Shown here in pieces: positions 44,163 through 53,072 of a stretch of DNA of 53,887 bases. Position numbers and translations under genes: made by a program. Every line of letters begins with the position of its first letter. Within the stretch, counting starts at the first letter, position 1. Under the pieces are notes generated by a model, which did not search any database, was not told where the DNA came from, and saw only the letters and a program-made list of their open reading frames with translations. The DNA comes from an uncultured bacterium (GTDB taxonomy: Bacteria > Desulfobacterota > DSM-4660 > Desulfatiglandales > CALKZT01), in assembly GCA_938002815.1 (NCBI GenBank), contig CALKZT010000079.1, forward strand, positions 1 to 53,887, given 5' to 3'.

Positions 44163-44453
44163 ATGGTGCTCTTAGAGGTCCTACACGAAGGTGAGCATTG
44201 AATTCCATGTGTCTACATGGCCAGGTTGGCCCAAGGGGTCGTCTCTCAAATGGAGGGGGTAGAATTCAAGGTGGTACATACCAAGACACTTGAGGGGGCA
44301 ACTCGGTACTTTCAACTCTCCATGACGACCACAAGAAAACCCCCTGTCCCTTCTATATTCATAAATGGTGAACTTGCCTTTGAATCAACGCCCACAGAGG
44401 ATGAACTGATAGAGAGAATAAACCAAGCATTAAAAGGCTCTAAAGATGTCTAA
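44163..44453 (+). CDS. Thioredoxin-fold selenoprotein 1 (UxxC: U13-I-P-C)
   Basis: AAGGGGG RBS, ATG 44163, in-frame TGA 44199-44201 (MVLLEVLHEGEH-U-IPCVYM), downstream GGCCA-GGT-TGGCC hairpin, cis-Pro motif VPSIFINGE. Confidence 0.85.
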
Positions 44454-44745
44454 GGAGACGGATAAGGATAAAATCGCACTTGATTTACTGGTAACCGACT
44501 TTCATCAGTGAATGGCTTGCGTCTATATGGCGGAAACGGTAAGGTCCTTACCGGAAGAGATAAAAGAGAAAATTGTTATAAGAGAATGGGACATGAGGAC
44601 AAGAGAAGGGGTAATGAAATATAGAGAACTAAGAGCTAAAATGCTACCTTCTATAGCAATAGATGGGGATCTTATTTACGAAGCAATAATACCAGCATCT
44701 GAGGAATTAGTAGAAAAAATCAAGTCCTACCTAAATGGGAAGTAA
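44446..44745 (+). CDS. Thioredoxin-fold selenoprotein 2 (UxxC: U22-M-A-C)
   Basis: ATG overlaps the end of gene 1, in-frame TGA 44509-44511 (LDLLVTDFHQ-U-MACVYM), downstream CGGTAAG-GTC-CTTACCG hairpin, LPSIAIDGD motif. Confidence 0.85.
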
Positions 44746-45745
44746 ACTGGAGGTAAGGATTATGCTGAATAATCGAAGTGTATATATTGAAGATGTAATA
44801 ATTGAAGGCTTCAAATCATTTTCTGAAGAAACACATATGAGCTTCAAGAAAGGTATAAACGTCATAATAGGTAATAATGGGGTTGGGAAGTCTAATATAC
44901 TTGATGCAATAGCCTGGTGTCTTGGAGAAAATGACTTGTATAAACTCAGGTGTTATTATGCTGATGAAATATTCTTTGCAGGAAATAGGCAATATCCTCC
45001 AGCCAAAACAGCAGCAGTTACCCTCAAAGTGAACTATAGCATTGGTGAAACAAAAGGCACCTTAAATTTGACAAGGAAGGCGTACCTATCTGGCGAAGAG
45101 TCCTACTTTATAGATAGTGCACAAGTTTCAAGGGCCGAATATGAAGAAAAACTGGATGTCCTTGGATTAAATAATGTCATAAAATCTATAATAAGACAGG
45201 AACAAATTAACGACATCTTTTCCCTCCCTGCAGAAAAGAGATTTGATATGATTAGCGACTTATTCGGTATCAGCGATAGAGAAGAGGTGACCAGAATGGT
45301 AACCTCTTCTAAATCCACATTTGTAAATTATATGACAACTCTTGTCCCAAGATTTAATCCTGACATAGTCAATGAGAATGGTATATTAGAAATTTTAATA
45401 TCCACAGGATCAAATACAAGAAGACATATCCACCAGCTGAGTGGGGGAGAGAAATCTATAGTGAGCCTTGCTTTTAAAGCTTCACTGTTTGACCAATTGG
45501 GAAGTACTATATATCTTTTTGATGAAGTTGAGCCATCACTTGATTATGTAAATCATAAATCAATACAAGTATTTCTCAAAGATATCAGCAAAAATAAACA
45601 GCTTATAATTATAACACATCTAAGAGCAACAGTTGAAATGGCAGATACTCTTCATGGAGTAAGAGCAAGGCCTGATGGTTCAAGTTTTATGAAATTCTAC
45701 TTTGTGATGGACAAAAGGCTTTTAAGATTGTACAAATGTTGCTAA
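44735..45745 (+). CDS. Short SMC/RecF-like ABC ATPase (head domain only) ending in Cys-Cys
   Basis: EGFKSF, GNNGVGKSNILDAI, Q-loop IRQ, LSGGEKS, FDEVEPSLD, ITH; only 336 aa; may start at ATG 44762. Confidence 0.85.
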   Translation: MGSKLEVRIMLNNRSVYIEDVIIEGFKSFSEETHMSFKKGINVIIGNNGVGKSNILDAIAWCLGENDLYKLRCYYADEIFFAGNRQYPPAKTAAVTLKVNYSIGETKGTLNLTRKAYLSGEESYFIDSAQVSRAEYEEKLDVLGLNNVIKSIIRQEQINDIFSLPAEKRFDMISDLFGISDREEVTRMVTSSKSTFVNYMTTLVPRFNPDIVNENGILEILISTGSNTRRHIHQLSGGEKSIVSLAFKASLFDQLGSTIYLFDEVEPSLDYVNHKSIQVFLKDISKNKQLIIITHLRATVEMADTLHGVRARPDGSSFMKFYFVMDKRLLRLYKCC

Positions 45746-46695
45746 AGAGCACATTTGTTTAAGTTTTCTGTAATAAATGAAATGTCCATATTCCACCCAA
45801 TAAATACAATTTTATTCGGAAACTTGTCATATACTTTTTCAAAAAGCCCTTTTCCTCCAGCAAGATTAATAAAATATGTACCTTCATCAGATACGAACCA
45901 ACCCTTTATCCTAAATATGTTTAGTGGAAAATTAAGGAGAGTTTGCTTTATACATTCGAGCCTAAATCTTACTTCACTTGTATATGAAAATGAGGTATAT
46001 CCTTGGAAACTGAAAGTTTTCGGAAGAATGTCTGCATCATGATGGTGGTGATCGTGTGAAATTATGGGGAAGATATCTTTGGGCATCTTTGTTTCTATGG
46101 AGGGTGGAAGAAATATTACGTCAGGGTCAACTTTTGCAAATACAGTGGGTATAACCTGCTTGGAAGGGAAGTGGTGGTATATGGATTGAAGGATTACAGG
46201 AACACGCTCATGGGGAACCAGATCCACCTTGTTCAGTATTATGGTGTCAGCAGCTTTGAGCTGGTTTTCAAAGAGAGGTCCAAATATGTCTCTACCTTCC
46301 CAGTATTCTGCATCAAGTACTGTTATTACCTTAAATAGGGCTACCCTCTCCCTCAAATATCCATCAGAGAAGAGGGCGATGATGTTAGCGGGGTCTGCCA
46401 ATCCAGTGGCCTCTATGAGAAGCCAGGATGGGTGATATACCTCAAAAAGCTCCAGGAGCGTGCTTCTAAGGTCAGCCTGGACAGTGCAGCAGATGCAACC
46501 ACTTGTAAGCTCTACAACGTTTGAGCCTATGTCTTTGAGAAGATCACCATCTATCCCCACATCTCCAAATTCATTGACTATCACAGCTACATCCCGTAAA
46601 TCCCCTTTCCAGGAGAGAATCTCTCTTAGGAGTGTGGTCTTACCTGAGCCCAAAAATCCACTTATGAGTATTGCCCTGCTCTGTTTTTCTCTCAT
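45742..46695 (-). CDS. COG0523/CobW family metal-binding GTPase
   Basis: GFLGSGKTT, NEFG, GCICC, EATG, NKVD, HDHHHHD, RIKG; start set at MREKQ. Confidence 0.93.
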   Translation of the reverse strand: MREKQSRAILISGFLGSGKTTLLREILSWKGDLRDVAVIVNEFGDVGIDGDLLKDIGSNVVELTSGCICCTVQADLRSTLLELFEVYHPSWLLIEATGLADPANIIALFSDGYLRERVALFKVITVLDAEYWEGRDIFGPLFENQLKAADTIILNKVDLVPHERVPVILQSIYHHFPSKQVIPTVFAKVDPDVIFLPPSIETKMPKDIFPIISHDHHHHDADILPKTFSFQGYTSFSYTSEVRFRLECIKQTLLNFPLNIFRIKGWFVSDEGTYFINLAGGKGLFEKVYDKFPNKIVFIGWNMDISFITENLNKCAL

Positions 46696-46725
46696 ATTAC
46701 TGACTCCCCTTTTTCGTGAATCTAC

Positions 46726-46734
46726 TGGTATAAT
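46726..46734 (+). promoter_or_regulatory. Extended -10 promoter for the V4R/two-component operon
   Basis: TGGTATAAT (TGnTATAAT) 45 nt before ATG 46780. Confidence 0.5.
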
Positions 46735-46779
46735 AGATAAAATGAGACTAAAGGACAACCTTGATAACGGAGCCCAGAT

Positions 46780-47310
46780 ATGGCCTTAATAAAATGGGAG
46801 AAAGACCTCACTCGAAAAGGCGGCCAGGTCCTCCTCTCAAGCCTGCCCATAGCAATGCATTGTCACCATTATAATATTAATCTCCAGGCTATGCTGGAAG
46901 AGACCTTTGGGGAAATCGGTATCGATCTCATGTGCCGTTCCGCAGAGGAGGCCACCTACTCCATGTTTCGTGAATATTTTAAACGATATCCAAATATAAA
47001 GACGATCAAGAGCAGGATTGAACTTGCTTGCACCCTTTATCAGAGCTGCGGCCTTGGGATCATACACTTTGTAAGCCTCGATGAGGAAGGGGGTGAGGCA
47101 GTGAGCCCATTTAGTCATTATGTTACAGGCTGGCTAGCCAAACATGGGAAGAGGGATACCCCAGGTTGTCACTTCACAAGGGGGTGGATTGCTGGGCTCT
47201 GTAATCTACTATATGAAAAACACCTTGGTTACTTTAAGGTGGCTGAAGTTGCCTGCAAGATGATGAGGCATGAAACTTGCGTCTTCAAGATAGCAGGGAG
47301 TCACAGATGA
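46780..47310 (+). CDS. Stand-alone V4R domain protein 1
   Basis: HCHHYN, GLG, CHFTRGWIAG, EVAC...C.F V4R Cys pattern. Confidence 0.82.
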   Translation: MALIKWEKDLTRKGGQVLLSSLPIAMHCHHYNINLQAMLEETFGEIGIDLMCRSAEEATYSMFREYFKRYPNIKTIKSRIELACTLYQSCGLGIIHFVSLDEEGGEAVSPFSHYVTGWLAKHGKRDTPGCHFTRGWIAGLCNLLYEKHLGYFKVAEVACKMMRHETCVFKIAGSHR

Positions 47311-47352
47311 TATCACCATTAGTAGTTAACTAAGTTAAACATCCAAAATATC

Positions 47353-47970
47353 ATGGCAATTGATACTCAAAAGATTATACAGGCAATAATGGAAGGTTCA
47401 AAATACAGAGATGCAAAAGGAATTATCCCTATTTTTGGTGTGTACCTCTCATTGTTTTCTGTAGACTACTATAATAAGCTTTCCTTTGAATTTGAACTTA
47501 TGATGGAGCCTAGTAGACAAACTAAAGCCGAGCAACTGTTGATTGATGCTGCCCAAGAGTGTGGATATGCCACATTCCATGGTATAAGGACGTCAAAGGA
47601 ATGGGAAAAAATCGTTCAACCTATGATAGAGACTCAAGAAGATGAATTGCAAGGCTTCATATCAGTTGCAATAGGGCTGGGATGGGGAAATATTGAGCTT
47701 GTGAAGTTGGTGCCAGGCGAAAACTTAGTTTTAAGAGCGACTGAGTCTTATGAAGCAGATGGCTACATTTCACGACACGGGTTGTCTAAATCAGGCAAGT
47801 GCTATATGTTGAGGGGTGTTAGCGCCGCATTTATGGATCTAATTTATGGAGACAGCTATCCCGAAGGGTATAATACATTTACGGCGATTGAACCAAAATG
47901 TAGAGCCAAAGGAGATGATTTTTGTGAATTCGTTGTTCAAAAATCACATAAAAAAGAATATACTTGCTGA
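47353..47970 (+). CDS. Stand-alone V4R domain protein 2
   Basis: GLGWG, SYEA, CYMLRG, EPKCRAKGDDFCEFV. Confidence 0.85.
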   Translation: MAIDTQKIIQAIMEGSKYRDAKGIIPIFGVYLSLFSVDYYNKLSFEFELMMEPSRQTKAEQLLIDAAQECGYATFHGIRTSKEWEKIVQPMIETQEDELQGFISVAIGLGWGNIELVKLVPGENLVLRATESYEADGYISRHGLSKSGKCYMLRGVSAAFMDLIYGDSYPEGYNTFTAIEPKCRAKGDDFCEFVVQKSHKKEYTC

Positions 47971-50203
47971 ATCAAAGAAGCAAGACCTTAGGTGTTGGGA
48001 ATACCTTCAATGCAACAAGATGCTTTGCCCTGCCTTTGAAAAATTTGACTCGGAATGTTGGTTTATTTCTAAAACAAGTTGCACAATAATCCCATTAAAA
48101 GGGAGCATGTTTCAAAAAATAGGTTACTGTCTTTATTGCTCCTATTTTACGTTTAGGGCAACTCTACATCCTGATGGAGTAAGTTCATTTCTTTCAGCTC
48201 AAATTCAGAGATACAACTTTGAAGCTCTAAAGAAGATATATGAGAGGGAAGAGAGTTTTATTGAAACATTAAACAGAATACCCGATGGTGTTTTTACAAC
48301 AGATAGGGAGTTTCGGATAACCTATTTCAACCCAGCAGCTGAAAAAATAACAGGCTTTTCAGCGGTTGATGCAGTGGGTATGTACTGCAAAGATGTATTC
48401 AAAAATACTGTATGCGAGACCTCCTGTGCTTTAAAAAGGGCTATAAAAGTTCAAAGTGATATCTTAAATCAAGAATATGAAATTACCAATATATATGGGC
48501 AAAAAATTCCCATAATATGTTCTACCTCGGCCTTTAGAGATAAAGACGGAGAGATAGTGGGTGGCCTTGAGATCTTTAAGGATATCAGCGAACTGAAAAA
48601 ACTGCAAAATGAGATCGTTGCAAGCGAACAGAAGTACCGGAGGATATTTGAAGGAAGCCATGATATGATATTTATCTCTACCGAACAAGGGAAAATTAGG
48701 GATATAAACGAGGCGGGCGTCAAAATGCTTGGATATTCCAATAAACAAGAGGTATTAGATATAGAATCTGTGCAGAGTTTATACCTAAGACCTGAATATC
48801 GAGATAAATTTATAGATCTAATACAGCACAAAGGTTATGTTAAGGATTATGAAACAATATTTAAGCGTAAAGATGGCACAAAGATTCATGTTCTGATATC
48901 TGGCAGGAAATACTACAATGAAAAGACAGATGAAGTGGAAATTGAAGGCATCATAAAAGATATAACACAGAGAAAATTAGTCGAAGATGATTTGAAAAAG
49001 AGAAATAGGGAATTATCGCTAATCAATTCAATTGCAGTTGCTATGAATCATACTATGGATATAAATTACATTCTTGATGTGACTTTGCGAAATCTCTTAA
49101 AAATTATAAGAAACAGCGAGGGAGCTATATTTCTGTTAAACAGAGATAAGAGGAGTTTTGAAATAGCAACTGCCACGGGTAGCCTAGCAGAACTTCGAAA
49201 AAAAGAAATAGAGATCCAATTTAAAGACTTGTTGTTAATGAAAAAGCTTTTTAAAGAAGATGTTGACCTCCCTCCCACAAGCACCTTCCCACCATTTCAT
49301 ATAAGTGTTTCCACGAAAACCACTGATAAGCTCCTTTGGCTTAAATGTTTTCTAATTGCCTTTAAAGGGAAGGCCATTGGCTTTTTTGCATTCGATGCAA
49401 GGGCAAAGGACCTCCTGGGGGCCCATGTTCAACGTCTTATGGGTTCACTGGGGAACTTTTTGGGTGGGGCCATTGAAAATGTTAGATTGATGAACACCAT
49501 AAGTGGGCATCAGCAGGAGTTACAAAGGCTTACCCAAAGGCTCTTTGCTACACAAGAGGAGGAGAGGAGGCGCATTGCAAGAGAACTCCATGATGAGGCA
49601 GGGCAATCTTTGACTGCCATAAATCTTGCCCTCGAGCGTCTGCAAGGGCTTATACCCCCAGATAATATCAAGCTTATAGATGAACTTCATGAAATTCGGC
49701 GGATGGTCCTTAGGGCTTCCACCGAGATCAGGCAACTTTCTTATAAGCTTCATCCCACCCTCTTGGTAGACTTGGGGCTTGAGCCAGCACTCCATTCTTA
49801 TTTCAAGCAGATTCAAGCAAGGGTAGGGATACAGATCGATTTCAAAATGATAGGTTTTGACAGGCGCCTGGATTTAGATATGGAGACTACCCTATATAGA
49901 TTTGCCCAGGAGGCCTTGACAAACACCTTAAAGCATTCTGGGGCGGAGCATTTTCGGCTCTCTATAATAAAGAGCTACCCCAATATCATATTCTTGGCAG
50001 AAGATGATGGCTGCGGTTTTGACCCGTTAGGTGCCGGAGAGAAGAACTCTTCCCTTGGTCTACTGGGCATGAGGGAGCGAAGCTCCCTACTGGGTGGAAC
50101 CTTTTCTGTAAAATCTCAGATAGGAAAGGGCACCAAGATAAGGATAGAGATCCCTTTGGGAGGGAGGGACCATGAGCCAAAAGATAAGGGTATTGATAGC
50201 TGA
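47846..50203 (+). CDS. Cytoplasmic NarX/UhpB-type (HisKA_3) sensor kinase with Cys-rich N-terminus, two PAS and a GAF-like domain
   Basis: CWEYLQC...CPAF...CWF...C...CLYC; two PAS; EEERRRIARELHDE; QEALTNTLKH; DDGCGF; GLLGMRER; true start probably downstream (for example 47915). Confidence 0.9.
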   Translation: METAIPKGIIHLRRLNQNVEPKEMIFVNSLFKNHIKKNILAESKKQDLRCWEYLQCNKMLCPAFEKFDSECWFISKTSCTIIPLKGSMFQKIGYCLYCSYFTFRATLHPDGVSSFLSAQIQRYNFEALKKIYEREESFIETLNRIPDGVFTTDREFRITYFNPAAEKITGFSAVDAVGMYCKDVFKNTVCETSCALKRAIKVQSDILNQEYEITNIYGQKIPIICSTSAFRDKDGEIVGGLEIFKDISELKKLQNEIVASEQKYRRIFEGSHDMIFISTEQGKIRDINEAGVKMLGYSNKQEVLDIESVQSLYLRPEYRDKFIDLIQHKGYVKDYETIFKRKDGTKIHVLISGRKYYNEKTDEVEIEGIIKDITQRKLVEDDLKKRNRELSLINSIAVAMNHTMDINYILDVTLRNLLKIIRNSEGAIFLLNRDKRSFEIATATGSLAELRKKEIEIQFKDLLLMKKLFKEDVDLPPTSTFPPFHISVSTKTTDKLLWLKCFLIAFKGKAIGFFAFDARAKDLLGAHVQRLMGSLGNFLGGAIENVRLMNTISGHQQELQRLTQRLFATQEEERRRIARELHDEAGQSLTAINLALERLQGLIPPDNIKLIDELHEIRRMVLRASTEIRQLSYKLHPTLLVDLGLEPALHSYFKQIQARVGIQIDFKMIGFDRRLDLDMETTLYRFAQEALTNTLKHSGAEHFRLSIIKSYPNIIFLAEDDGCGFDPLGAGEKNSSLGLLGMRERSSLLGGTFSVKSQIGKGTKIRIEIPLGGRDHEPKDKGIDS

Positions 50204-50837
50204 AGATCACACCATAGTAAGGCAGGGGATAGCAAGGCTTCTGAAGGATCAGGAAGGTATCCTTGTAATAGGTGAGGCATCTAACGGCAAGATCGCGGTG
50301 GAAAAGGCGGTGGAGCTTGAGCCGGACGTGGTGATAATGGATATAGCCATGCCCTTACTAAATGGTGTAGAGGCCACCAAGAGGATCAAAAAGGCCTTGC
50401 CTAAGACAAAAGTGATAATCCTTTCCATGTACTCTAACGAGCACTATATTCATGAGCTACTTGAGACGGGTGTGTCGGGGTATCTCCTGAAAGACTGTAG
50501 TGGTAGGGACATCTTGAATGCCATAGAAGCTGCCATAAAGGGGGAGACCTACTTGAGCCCAGGTGTCTCAAAGGTGGTTGTGGAGAACTACTTGTCTACC
50601 AATCAGAAGATGAGCAGGGATGAGAGGTTTAAAACCCTTTCAGACAGAGAAAGGGAGGTATTTCAACTTATTGCAGAGGGCTATTCCACAAAGCAGATAG
50701 CTGACATGCTTTGCGTAAGTACCAGTACCGTAAAGACGCATCGGGCTAAGATCATGGAAAAGCTAAATCTGGATACCCACGCCAAGCTCATCAGGTATGC
50801 AATACAGCTTGGGTTAGTGGAAAGGGATAATGTTTAA
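50172..50837 (+). CDS. NarL/LuxR family response regulator
   Basis: AEDH, MDIAMP, GYLLK; HTH LSDREREV...TVKTHRAKIMEKL. Confidence 0.95.
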   Translation: MSQKIRVLIAEDHTIVRQGIARLLKDQEGILVIGEASNGKIAVEKAVELEPDVVIMDIAMPLLNGVEATKRIKKALPKTKVIILSMYSNEHYIHELLETGVSGYLLKDCSGRDILNAIEAAIKGETYLSPGVSKVVVENYLSTNQKMSRDERFKTLSDREREVFQLIAEGYSTKQIADMLCVSTSTVKTHRAKIMEKLNLDTHAKLIRYAIQLGLVERDNV

Positions 50838-50886
50838 GGCCTTTTACTGGCCCAAGTCATCGGACATCTTTTAATAACCAGCCGTA

Positions 50887-50962
50887 CCCTAAAAAATCAG
50901 CCGATCCTTCTTTCACTATAGACCTTTGGACGATAGCAAAGGCCCTCATTTCCAGTTAGTCT
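50887..50962 (+). promoter_or_regulatory. Putative activator-dependent promoter, copy 2
   Basis: CCCTAAAAAATCAGCC-N18-GACCT-TTG-GACGATA-N21-TAGTCT; same architecture as 44068-44143. Confidence 0.7.
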
Positions 50963-51027
50963 CCAAACCGATGTAGATGGTCCGAGAAGTATGTCGACAC
51001 CCTAAGCCCACAGAAGGGAGGTGTTCT

Positions 51028-51978
51028 ATGTTTAGATTTTCCACTGTGCAGAAAAGAGCAGAGATAGGAGGTGTGAAGGTAGGAGGTCAGCCTGGGGAAT
51101 ATGCGACTGTGGTGATCTCGAGCATATTTCAGAAGGGGGACAAGGTATTTGAGGGGAAGAGGAAGGAAGGTTTTAACGAGAAGAGGGCAGAGGAGCTACT
51201 GAGGACACAGGATAGGCTCAGTGAGGAGACAGGGGTACCGGGTATGGCAGACATTGTGGGGAACAGTGGTCAGGAGTTCAAGCTTTTCATAGACTTTGTG
51301 ACCTCTGTGAGCGATATGCCTTTTTGCATAGATGCGTGGGTGATGAAGCCCAAGTTGGAGGGGGCTGCGTATTGTGCTGAGAAGGGTTTATTGGATCGGA
51401 TGTTTTACAATTCTCTGACGGTATGGGAGCAAGACATAGAGACTGAGATAAGGGAGATATACCAGATAGGGGTGAAGCACGTGTTGTTGGTGAGTTTTGA
51501 TCCGGCAGATCAGATGCCCGGTGGGAGGATAACAGGTACACAGAAGCTATTGGATGCCATAGAGCGGGTAGGAGCCAAGTTTGAGACGATCATGGTGGAT
51601 ACCTCAGTGATGAACGGACCTGCCACAGCGTTATGTGGTTTAGCGAACCGTCTTATAAAGGAGAAGTGGGGATTTCCGTGTGGTAGTGCCCCATCGAATG
51701 GTTCATATATGTGGAAGCAGGCGAAGGAGCTATGGGGATTTAAGGGGTGGTCAGCAGCGGATGCTGCTTTGGAGGCGCTTTCGTCATATATGTACCATGA
51801 TTTTATCTTTTCAGGGCCCATGGCAGGGGCACCGAGGATCTTTCCTGCTGTGGCATTGGCGGATGCCTTTTTGGCAACGGCTGTATTTGGGGAGACAAGG
51901 GAGCTTCCGAAGGCCGAGAGTCATCCACTCTACAAGCTATTTCCTGATTTTGTCGAGCAGTTGAAGGCCATCAAATAA
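51028..51978 (+). CDS. mtrH: MtrH/MtgA-like methylcorrinoid:tetrahydrofolate(pterin) methyltransferase
   Basis: N-terminus MFRF..VQ....IGGVKVGGQPGEY, YNS, GSAPSN, HPLYKLF; ATG after GGAGG. Confidence 0.85.
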   Translation: MFRFSTVQKRAEIGGVKVGGQPGEYATVVISSIFQKGDKVFEGKRKEGFNEKRAEELLRTQDRLSEETGVPGMADIVGNSGQEFKLFIDFVTSVSDMPFCIDAWVMKPKLEGAAYCAEKGLLDRMFYNSLTVWEQDIETEIREIYQIGVKHVLLVSFDPADQMPGGRITGTQKLLDAIERVGAKFETIMVDTSVMNGPATALCGLANRLIKEKWGFPCGSAPSNGSYMWKQAKELWGFKGWSAADAALEALSSYMYHDFIFSGPMAGAPRIFPAVALADAFLATAVFGETRELPKAESHPLYKLFPDFVEQLKAIK

Positions 51979-51995
51979 AGGGAAAGGAGAGGGTT

Positions 51996-53048
51996 ATGGG
52001 AGAGTTGACGCCCAAGGAGAGGGTATTGAGGTTACTGAGGAAGGAGCCCATAGATACGATGCCCTTTTTCAGTGGGATGGGGATGGTGGTGATGCCTGGG
52101 ATAGAGAAGGTAGGTTGTAAGTTTGCGCAGATACACACGGATGCCAGTCGTATGGCCATGTCGGCCATATGGTCATCGAGGCTTATGGGATTTGACTGTG
52201 TGGTAATTCCCTATGACATGACCATGGAGTCCGAGGCAGTGGGGAATGAGATAAGCCTATACGAGAACTCAGAGGACATACTGTATCCGACGATCCCCCA
52301 CAAGAAATGGAAGACGATGGAGGAGGTGGAGATACCGAAGGACATAATGGAGAGGGGGAGGCTACCTTTACTGCCCAAGGCGATCAAGATCATAAAGGAG
52401 GAGGCGCCTGAGCTACCCATAGGGTGTTGGCAGTTGGGGCCATTTACACAGGCGGGGCAGATGTTAGAGCTGGATATGATCTTAAAGGCGGTATTTAAGG
52501 AAAAGAAGAAGGTGGAAGAGTTATTGGACAAGCTGACGGATATGATCATAGAGCTTGGGAAGTGGCTTCAGGCGTCTGGCTGTGATTATATCACCCTCAG
52601 GGAGCCAGGTGTTGCTGCGGATCTTCTAAGCCCGAGGACCTTTAAGGAGCTGATACAACCTAGGCTGACCAGGATACTGGATGCCTGGAAGTCTCCCAAA
52701 TTATTGCACATATGTGGACAGACGGATCCTTTGATCACCATGATGGCAGAGTGTCATGCAGATGGTCTAACAGTGGATATCAAGAACAACATCAAAGAGT
52801 CGAGGAAGAAGCTTGGTCCTGATGTGCTGTTGATGGGGAATGTGGACACCTACAAGATCACCTGTGATCCATCTACCACAGTGGAGCAGGCCGTAGAGCA
52901 CATAAAGTGGATCATAGACAATGGTGTGGATGCAGTAATGCCAGGGTGTGATCTGTGGCCTGCCATAGTTTTCGAGAACATGAAGGCATGTGTAGATACC
53001 ACACATGAATACGGAAGAAGACCCAGCCCAGCAGTGGGTAGGCTCTAA
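51996..53048 (+). CDS. MtaA/CmuA (UroD-fold) corrinoid-dependent methyltransferase
   Basis: GPFT, LLSPRTF, Zn motif LHICG...PGCD, MGNVD. Confidence 0.88.
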   Translation: MGELTPKERVLRLLRKEPIDTMPFFSGMGMVVMPGIEKVGCKFAQIHTDASRMAMSAIWSSRLMGFDCVVIPYDMTMESEAVGNEISLYENSEDILYPTIPHKKWKTMEEVEIPKDIMERGRLPLLPKAIKIIKEEAPELPIGCWQLGPFTQAGQMLELDMILKAVFKEKKKVEELLDKLTDMIIELGKWLQASGCDYITLREPGVAADLLSPRTFKELIQPRLTRILDAWKSPKLLHICGQTDPLITMMAECHADGLTVDIKNNIKESRKKLGPDVLLMGNVDTYKITCDPSTTVEQAVEHIKWIIDNGVDAVMPGCDLWPAIVFENMKACVDTTHEYGRRPSPAVGRL

Positions 53049-53072
53049 CATTAAGGGAAAGGAGACAAAGGG

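Noticed and set aside
44735-45745. Condensin Smc, Wadjet JetC or a defence ATPase
   Set aside because: No hinge or long coiled coil, and no kleisin, kite or nuclease genes adjacent.
51028-51978. Evidence for methanogenesis or the archaeal Mtr complex
   Set aside because: No mtrA-G genes; the context is bacterial, and stand-alone MtrH homologs are known in bacteria.
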